Below, in pieces: positions 19,001-24,435 of a stretch of 45,220 nucleotides of DNA; the first letter of the stretch is position 1; each line of letters starts with the position of its first letter. Source of the stretch: Chloroflexaceae bacterium (GTDB lineage Bacteria; Chloroflexota; Chloroflexia; Chloroflexales; Chloroflexaceae); NCBI GenBank assembly GCA_034434655.1, contig DAOTYR010000147.1, forward strand, positions 1-45,220, in the 5' to 3' direction. Under the pieces are notes generated by a model that saw only the letters and a list, made by a program, of their open reading frames with translations, ran no database searches and was not told the origin of the DNA. Made by a program: the position numbers and the translations under genes.

Positions 19001-21115
19001 CAAGCGACGTTACCAGACACAGTACAGGTTATCCGCTATTCACTGGGGCTCGGCGAGAAACGTCAGCATAATCTTACCGTTTCTTCGTCACATAAACCAC
19101 AGATTATCGTACAGCGACGATTAGCTTCACGCCTGAAACAGATGCTTCCCGCTGCTGATCGCATATTGCTTGACCAGATTGCCGGCCAGTTGATCGAACA
19201 GGCCAAGCAGATCTCGGGAGATATTGTGCTACGCGCGGCGGGACCAGGCGCGTTCCTCAACGAAATGATCGGCATTGTCGCGGCAAAGTTTGAAACTGAA
19301 CGCCGGCTCGAAACACGTTATCCCAACGCTCTTAGAACCTGGATCCTACTTGACGACTTTGAACACTGGTTTCACGGTAAATTCCCCGACCTGCTATGCG
19401 TGGTCATTGATCGAAGCATGAATAACGCTCTTAAATTACATTTAGAGATCGTTGAAGCTAAGTGCGTGAGTCAGCATGCCTTCAATACTGAAACCGTTGA
19501 TGCCGAAGAACAGGCCCGTCGCGGCGCCGGTCGGTTGGTGGCAGCTTTTGCGCCCGGCGCACATCACCTTGATGCCACCTTTTGGTACGATCAGTTGTAC
19601 CGAGCCATCGCCGGAAACCTCGTTGTGGAATACGAACAGCAATCCTTGTGGGAGCTTTTTCGCGAACGCTTTCAAAACGGCGATTTTGAACGGACGATCA
19701 GCGCGCATGCCTGGACGTTCTGCTATGATGGGCAGGCGGGTATTGAGAAAGGTCCAGAGGAGACACAGACGAGTCGGCCTGTGCCTGATGCGCCCGGTGT
19801 GCCTTTATACACACATCGGTATGGACGCAAAGAGTTGTGCCAGATCCTGCGTGAACTCGTTGAGCATTCGGAAGGCCTTACGCCAACAAATGCCTGGATG
19901 CCCGCACAGGATATCGTCGAAGTCACAACTGTTCAGTCAACCACAACGGATGCCATCGCTTCCCCTGTCACCCTTGGACCCGTATCGTCAGATCTCTCAA
20001 CTGATGAACAAAACTGGTTAGATCTTATGGCTCGCAATCTCGAGAAGGCTTTACGCCACCGGGGGGTGCGCGTGCTGCGCATTAATCCAACTGATGCCGA
20101 TGTGGGGCCAAGCATTGTGCGTTTCAAGGTCCGACTTGGTCACGATGAGACTCTCCGAAAAGTTCAAAGCGTAGCCACGGATCTGGCACGGGATCTTGCG
20201 CTTGAAAAAACGCCGCTGATAGCTAATGTACCTGGCACGCAATTTGTTGGGATTGATTTGCCACGTCCACAACCAACGATCGTCGCTCTGGAACCACTGT
20301 TGGAGCAATTACCTTTACCAGCACCGGCTGAATTACCGATCATAGTTGGAATCACGCCTGATGGAACCGTGGTGAAAGATGATCTTTCTGAATTTCCTCA
20401 CTTGCTGGTTGCTGGAGTTACGAATTCTGGCAAATCTGTGTTTTTACGGAATCTGCTTCTCTGTCTCATAAAGCGATATGCTCCGAAACATCTTGAACTC
20501 CTGATCATCGATCCAAAACACACCGATTTTACTTTCTTCAACCAACTGCCGTATCTGCGTGGGGGCAAGGTGATAGTAGACCCAGGTGAGGCCAGAGAGG
20601 CGCTGCTGGAATTAGCGCGAAGTGAGATGAGACGTCGTCAACGTATCATGAGTGGACGAAGTCTAAAGGTCAAGCAGTTTAATCTTGACTATCCTGACGA
20701 AGCTCTGCCGCCAATTGTAGCCATGATTGACGAATACCATATGTTGATCAGCCAGATGGATCGAAAGGAACGAGAAACATTTGAGCAAGATCTTTATATC
20801 CTGGCGGCCGCTGCTCGTTCAGTGGGTATTCATCTAGTAGTTGCCACTCAGCGTCCGGGCGCTGACGTGATCACTCCAAATCTTAGAGCTAATCTAGGCG
20901 CTCAGATTGCATTCCGCGTCTCAACAGGCACCAATTCTCGAGTGGTTATTGACGAGAGCGGCGCTGAACATCTCATTGGTCGTGGCGATATGCTTTTTCG
21001 TCAGGCTTCCGGAGAAGTGATCCGTCTGCAAGCACCGTTTATGTCAGAAAAGGAACTGCTCGATTATCTTAAATCACTAATGCCAAAGCATCACAGAGAT
21101 GCCGCAAACTCGTGA
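16007..21115 (+). CDS. sspH: 1702-aa giant protein with a C-terminal FtsK/SpoIIIE-type ATPase motor (DptH/DndH/SspH-like)
   Basis: Walker A GVTNSGKS lies at 20414-20437 and Walker B MIDEYH has its DE at 20729-20734. HLVVATQRPGADVITPNLRANLGAQIAFRV and GRGDMLF are present. An alternative start is the ATG at 16025, which has AAGGAG 9 nt upstream. Confidence 0.6.
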   Translation: MKEFCRMRSDQIIADALKRYLEACLRENQASRAFFRLSGFDQPIYKALLDNLARLNWRLGDMQLEVRSIASISSHDERVMERHRSATWYRNHLKAGYALVLIQNRRSTDAQSLKDLYSVTEGSLTNDGLAHLIAATCVNYQLKPEDRKQLETFIRRFGKKLFKPQLRDLTEFLYHVDKRLAEQPTAIMPDAIARALPYLGLFQCLDFAPHLNTLQGDRMLRQLHNAARIGSEVFDENKQETYLKRLETAPLEDDSALNGYSAEEKRVLLQQFIEGQFRNDRTNTLRVLQIDWREVQHIITTKTRSSQAQKFKEIADEIEEAFPQDTISDRNLIELLTSLRNEREPEADLVDQVVEQIGDSLSKQLRGKLRRLVKTRTRKHSDFLVGLTALAIELLHPRQDELQPGTRMRIELDEQTFEDQAIKIFHTLFGGIEKIFSDIEWDLNSVSEILSGYETRETGEDHEKEGQSEVRFRVGILDADGQELARADLIWQYRSDSPATATYRMLEAERQTLKHLNNKRLRIPIFKRCPHSEDISNLDLHRPLKSFGNWSDQPEDLRTLLSAMPLQRLRPQAPKALFEALDGLEEAWGQFVQTATDQGLIAADISSLLEAYANLLHAAISHLQTGQEVSFGLRVLVQAWMIGASGFEDWAIIPLLHPLKLLWWRERARHFAGIVRQLLTPAQSVTIVDEPRLQRELAITYGSSQFPPILALPPKEGAPVEWFVPIEEVEGYELFFPAHKLNASFGSSTANLFADETEIATRRAVEGIAGVIQDYVETYPFVRDGLELVLLECRNSIFPELLIEQITKSDTAESIRTSLLVHTSDRGAPIFQRLSEWAANHHDSADHLSGDYFPSISLNVQQGPFEELLRKSTNKDLVILADVLAQRGQRIIPELSQSEPNDIPLEGFLPIYRAQQEPFERGELYRRLRLTQTDQPALVRHFLLAQYAAFQKRGVDPRATVNFYRETSLDDWKNDLKKLHHHFNWVICYDPAIDRFLLQATLPDTVQVIRYSLGLGEKRQHNLTVSSSHKPQIIVQRRLASRLKQMLPAADRILLDQIAGQLIEQAKQISGDIVLRAAGPGAFLNEMIGIVAAKFETERRLETRYPNALRTWILLDDFEHWFHGKFPDLLCVVIDRSMNNALKLHLEIVEAKCVSQHAFNTETVDAEEQARRGAGRLVAAFAPGAHHLDATFWYDQLYRAIAGNLVVEYEQQSLWELFRERFQNGDFERTISAHAWTFCYDGQAGIEKGPEETQTSRPVPDAPGVPLYTHRYGRKELCQILRELVEHSEGLTPTNAWMPAQDIVEVTTVQSTTTDAIASPVTLGPVSSDLSTDEQNWLDLMARNLEKALRHRGVRVLRINPTDADVGPSIVRFKVRLGHDETLRKVQSVATDLARDLALEKTPLIANVPGTQFVGIDLPRPQPTIVALEPLLEQLPLPAPAELPIIVGITPDGTVVKDDLSEFPHLLVAGVTNSGKSVFLRNLLLCLIKRYAPKHLELLIIDPKHTDFTFFNQLPYLRGGKVIVDPGEAREALLELARSEMRRRQRIMSGRSLKVKQFNLDYPDEALPPIVAMIDEYHMLISQMDRKERETFEQDLYILAAAARSVGIHLVVATQRPGADVITPNLRANLGAQIAFRVSTGTNSRVVIDESGAEHLIGRGDMLFRQASGEVIRLQAPFMSEKELLDYLKSLMPKHHRDAANS

Positions 21116-21146
21116 GCGCTAGATCGCTTCCCATCGCATTGAGCGG

Positions 21147-21179
21147 CAGTCTACAATCCACAATCTAAAATGGTATAAG
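21147..21179 (+). promoter_or_regulatory. Heptad-phased AATCNNN motif ending in TGGTATAAG, copy A
   Basis: The sequence is cagtctac aatccac aatctaa aatggta taag. It shares its architecture with 41498-41539 and 41789-41823. TGgTATAAG resembles an extended -10. Confidence 0.4.
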
Positions 21180-21212
21180 ATAGATTAATTACATCTACAC
21201 TGTAATCAGGTT

Positions 21213-21309
21213 TTTCCCGTCCCCCCGTCATTCCAACCGGCGGGGTGTGGTTGTTTTCCCTCGTGGGAATGGCATGCTCATGTTTCCCCGTCCCCCCGTC
21301 ACTCCAACC
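21213..21309. repeat. Direct duplication of the 3' end of the cdd-like gene
   Basis: tttcccgtccccccgtcattccaacc (21213-21238) matches tttccccgtccccccgtcactccaacc (21283-21309). The second copy contains the real stop codon at 21299-21301. Confidence 0.8.
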
Positions 21310-21679
21310 CAAACGCATCGGGCAGGAGATCGGCGATGGGCACGGGGCGGTCAGGGTCGGCTGCGCTGAGGATCAGCAGGGTGGGGGCGAACTCGATGAG
21401 GGCCTGCAGGCAGTCGCCGCAGGGGTAGGGCATGTCGGCGCCCGCGCCGGCGACGGCCAGCGCCGTGAAGCGGCGCGCGCCCGCGGCGCAGGCGCAGACC
21501 AGCGCCGCCTTGGCCGCGCAGACGCTGGAGGCGTAGTTGGCGATCTCCAGGTTGCCCGCGGCGAAGATCCGCCCGTCCTCGGCCAGCAGGGCCGCGCCGC
21601 CCCGCCGCCCGGTGCGCGGCGCATGGGCCAGCGCCGTCGCCTGGCGCGCCGCGTCGAGCAGAGTCGCCAGGTCCATCAT
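21299..21679 (-). CDS. Cytidine/deoxycytidylate-deaminase-fold protein lacking the catalytic Glu
   Basis: The sequence GGAALLAEDGRIFAAGNLEIANYASSVCAAKAAL...PYPCGDCLQALIEF keeps the zinc-ligand Cys residues (C...PCGDC). CAE is replaced by CAA. The gene has a 4-nt ATGA overlap with the upstream kinase gene. Confidence 0.7.
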   Translation of the reverse strand: MMDLATLLDAARQATALAHAPRTGRRGGAALLAEDGRIFAAGNLEIANYASSVCAAKAALVCACAAGARRFTALAVAGAGADMPYPCGDCLQALIEFAPTLLILSAADPDRPVPIADLLPDAFGLE

Positions 21680-22233
21680 GGCCCACGCTCCTGCATCAAG
21701 CGGTCGAACAGCGCGTCCACCCGCGCGTTCAGAGCCGCGAGGTCGCCGTCGTTGACGATGAGCTGATCGGCCATGGCAATCGGCCCGCCTTTCTCGATGT
21801 GCTCGATTTCGCGCTCGTCGCGGGCCTCGGCCTCGGCCGGGGTGAGGGGCCGCTCGTCGCGCGCGGCCAGTCGCCGGTACCGCTCCGCCCGCGGGGTGTA
21901 GACCGCAACGACCACCAGATCATCGCCGAAGGCGTGTTTCAGGGTTTTGTACTCGCTGAAGCTGTACAGCCCATCAATGATCACGGCTGGATGGTTCGCC
22001 AGCAGGGCGCGGATCTGCGGCAGGGCGAGCTGAGCGCACACGTCCATCCCGTGGGTCGCCCGCAGCTCCTCGCGCACGGCGCGTTCGTGCTCGGGGGTGA
22101 TCGGCAGGCCCCGGGCCAGCACCTCGCGAATAATGAATTCGCCGAAGCGGATCGTCGGCAGGCCTTTCTCGGCCAGCCGCCGCGTCACCTGGCTCTTGCC
22201 CGAACCGGCCATTCCTACGATTGCCAGGACCAT
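21676..22233 (-). CDS. Small P-loop nucleotide/nucleoside kinase-like protein (dephospho-CoA-kinase/UPF0200-like)
   Basis: The N-terminus MVLAIVGMAGSGKSQVTRRL carries Walker A. The length is 185 aa. GAGGAA lies 8 nt upstream of the ATG at 22233. Confidence 0.6.
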   Translation of the reverse strand: MVLAIVGMAGSGKSQVTRRLAEKGLPTIRFGEFIIREVLARGLPITPEHERAVREELRATHGMDVCAQLALPQIRALLANHPAVIIDGLYSFSEYKTLKHAFGDDLVVVAVYTPRAERYRRLAARDERPLTPAEAEARDEREIEHIEKGGPIAMADQLIVNDGDLAALNARVDALFDRLMQERGP

Positions 22234-22239
22234 TGTTAT

Positions 22240-22536
22240 AGTTCCTCTGCTGTGACAGGAGTTACACGGTCGCCTTCCGGCAGGGAGAGGTGGAGGGCCT
22301 GCGGCCCACCTCCAGCCCGCGGTTGCCCGCCCGCGGGGGGTGGGCCGGGGGGCTTTAGCCCGGCTGCCTGGCCGCCGCGGGCGGGAAAGGGGGCATGCGG
22401 GGAGGCGATGCCTCCCCGCGCCCCTCCACTACGTGAGTCCTGTAATGTGAACAGCGGCTCCTGGAGCAGGGGGTGGGGAAACCGGGTTTCCCCATCCCCC
22501 CGCCCGCGGGAAGGCCTGGCTCTCCAGCAGGGGTAT
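22240..22536. repeat. Mosaic GC-rich repeats
   Basis: A hairpin gcggggaggc-gat-gcctccccgc lies at 22397-22419. Palindromes lie at 22474-22494 and 22537-22555. Confidence 0.75.
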
Positions 22537-23135
22537 GGGGAAACCGGGTTTCCCCACGCCCCTGCCCACGGGAGGGTCAATGACACCGCCCCCTCCCTCA
22601 CGCTCCTCGCCGGGGGAGGGAACCGGGCGCCTCCCCCCCGGCGGGGGGAGGCCGGGAGGGGGGCCACCCGGTTGCCCCCCTTCCCCGCGGGAAGATTCGG
22701 GAGAGCACCGGCTTCTCGCAGGGGGCATAGGGCAACCCGGTTAGACCATCCCCCTGCCCGCGGGAGGGTCAATGACACCGCCCCCTCCCTCACGCTCCTC
22801 GCTGGGGGAGGGAACCGGGTGCCTCCCCCCAGCGGGGGGAGGCCGGGAGGGGGCAACCCGGTTGCCCCCCTTCCCCGCGGGAAGATTTGGGAGAGCACCG
22901 CCTTCTCGCAGGGGGCATAGGGCAACCCGGTTACACCATCCCCCTGCCCGCGGGAGGGTCAATGACACCGTCCCTTCCTCACGCTCCCCGCCGGGGGAGG
23001 GAACCGGGCGCCTCCCCCCAGCGGGGGGAGGCCGGGAGGGGGGCCACCCGGTTGTCCCCTTCCCCGCGGGAAGATCTGGGAGGGCACGGCCCTCACGCAG
23101 GGAGATGGAGCCACCCGCTTGCCCCACGCCCTCGC
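22537..23135. repeat. Three tandem copies of a ~190-bp composite repeat
   Basis: The anchor ggagggtcaatgacaccg recurs at 22571, 22763 and 22953, giving periods of 192 and 190 nt. The units are near-identical by eye. Each carries the gggaaccgggcgcctcccccc.gcggggggaggc and ggggcaacccggttgcccc hairpins. Confidence 0.85.
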
Positions 23136-23196
23136 CGCTGGCTATGCTGACGGTAGAGTACCACAAGTCGCGCAGCATACTGGCAACCCCTGCCTC

Positions 23197-23312
23197 ATGG
23201 TCTTTGAATAACTAATCCGGTATAGCCCGCGCAGGCGGGCTTCCCCTTGCCTAGCCGAGGGCTTTAGCCCGACGGCTAGCGCGGGATAGCGGATTAATTT
23301 CTCAAAGAGCAT
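23197..23312 (-). mobile_element. 116-nt MITE-like element, copy 1 (reverse orientation relative to copy 2)
   Basis: The termini are atggtctttgaataa...tttctcaaagagcat. The internal sequence ctagccgagggctttagcccgacggctag and gcccgcgcaggcgggc is the reverse complement of copy 2. Confidence 0.75.
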
Positions 23313-23811
23313 AAGGCGCGTCTTCGGCCCAGAGGAACACGATGCGCTCGCCGCCGACGATGGCCAGGCCATTGTCGAGCGGGGCCGCGCTGATGGAGCG
23401 CCAGCCGAGCACCTCCCGCCCGTTGACGTCGTAGAGGGCGAAGTCGCCGCTGATGGCCCCGTTGGTGAAATAGCGGGCGTCGCCTGGCACGAGATCGAGC
23501 ACGCGCCGGGCAAGCTCCTGGGCGCGCGCCGGGGGCGCGACCTGCGCGGGGTAGGCCAGTTCGCCGCCGATCAGATGGGTTAGGAGCTTGACCGCAATGC
23601 GGCGAGGCAATTCGACCCAGTGTTCGCCGAGGCCCTGATAGCCCAGTTCCGCGGCCAGCGCGTCGCAGGCGGCGAAGGGTTGGGCCGGCGCGGCGGCCAG
23701 ACGGCGCGCGGCAAACGTCAGCGGGTAACTCGATGCGCGGGCGCGGTCGAGGTCGCGGGCGAGGGCCGCGATAGCAGGGTCGGGGTCGGATAGGAGCAGG
23801 GGAGAAGCCAT
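23302..23811 (-). CDS. Hypothetical protein (169 aa)
   Basis: The ORF is the only long one here that is not built from repeat DNA. No motif is recognised and no clear RBS is present. The last codons and the stop lie inside MITE copy 1. Confidence 0.45.
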   Translation of the reverse strand: MASPLLLSDPDPAIAALARDLDRARASSYPLTFAARRLAAAPAQPFAACDALAAELGYQGLGEHWVELPRRIAVKLLTHLIGGELAYPAQVAPPARAQELARRVLDLVPGDARYFTNGAISGDFALYDVNGREVLGWRSISAAPLDNGLAIVGGERIVFLWAEDAPYAL

Positions 23812-23897
23812 AAGGCATGGTTCAGATCGGAGCGTCGCGGCCCGGCGGGCGCGTCTGTCGGTGACGGCGCGCCCCCCCGGCCAGACGACGGCGCGGG

Positions 23898-24377
23898 TCA
23901 GACCGTCAGGCCCAGCGCCGAGGCCAGGTCGGCCAGGGCCTGGCGTTCGATGTCGCTGACCGCTGTGCCGCCGAAGCCCAGAAAGCCGCCTTCCTTGCCA
24001 GCCTCGGCGGCCCTCCGGGCCGTGTCGTAGAGGAACTGCTTGAAGGCCTGGCCCTCCTCCGGCGAGCGCCCCTCGACCAGGGCCACTGCCTGGTTGAGCG
24101 TATTCATCGCGAAGGTTCTGGCCTCTTCCTTGCTGGAGAACTTCGGCAAATCGGGCTTGATATTGCGCGCCTGCAGATCAGCGGCCAGATCCTTGACAAT
24201 CTGGAGCGAGGCCGCGTCTCTGGCGCCTTCGATGATGCCGCTGACAGCGGCGAACATCTCTTTCATCAGTCCGATGGGGCCGCCTGGATCGGCCATCGAG
24301 ATGTACATCGCGGTAACGACCGGCGCGAGGCCGATGGTCTGCCATTCTTCCGGTGTGAAATCCGTCCTGGAGGCCAC
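23898..24377 (-). CDS. Hypothetical protein (159 aa)
   Basis: The sequence reads (V)ASRTDFTPEEWQTIGLAPVVTAMYISMADPGG... The start is a GTG at 24375-24377, with AGGA 7 nt upstream. The family is not recognised. Confidence 0.5.
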   Translation of the reverse strand: MASRTDFTPEEWQTIGLAPVVTAMYISMADPGGPIGLMKEMFAAVSGIIEGARDAASLQIVKDLAADLQARNIKPDLPKFSSKEEARTFAMNTLNQAVALVEGRSPEEGQAFKQFLYDTARRAAEAGKEGGFLGFGGTAVSDIERQALADLASALGLTV

Positions 24378-24435
24378 AGATCATCCTTTCTACGCAAGAC
24401 ATCGTTGCGCTGGCGCCTGTTCGCATCTCAGGTCG

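Larger units (their letters stand above)
7100..21274. other. Lower-GC genomic island (about 14 kb) carrying the six-gene putative defence operon
   Basis: Composition drops abruptly after about 7155 and recovers after about 21210. Spot G+C per 60-nt line is 68% at 5001, 63% at 8401, 40% at 13501, 33% at 17281 and 42% at 20401. The limits given are the flanking CGTGGG(G)AATGGCA matches. Confidence 0.7.

Noticed and set aside
22537-23135. Possible CRISPR array
   Set aside because: The units are about 190 bp and contiguous, with no unique spacers between short repeats. No cas genes are in the window. This is a tandem satellite-like repeat.
22236-23215. ORFs of 99-229 aa on both strands with repeated 'GKPGFP / GNRV.P / PAGGG' peptides. 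Similar ORFs occur at 2780-3883, 6442-6935, 28828-29362, 35753-36307, 41198-41868 and 43197-44003.
   Set aside because: They are built entirely from the palindromic and tandem intergenic repeats, and the palindromes read open on both strands. They have no RBS and no non-repeat sequence. The 5' extensions of real genes (topA, hydrolase, DUF4242, CitE-like) into repeats were trimmed for the same reason.
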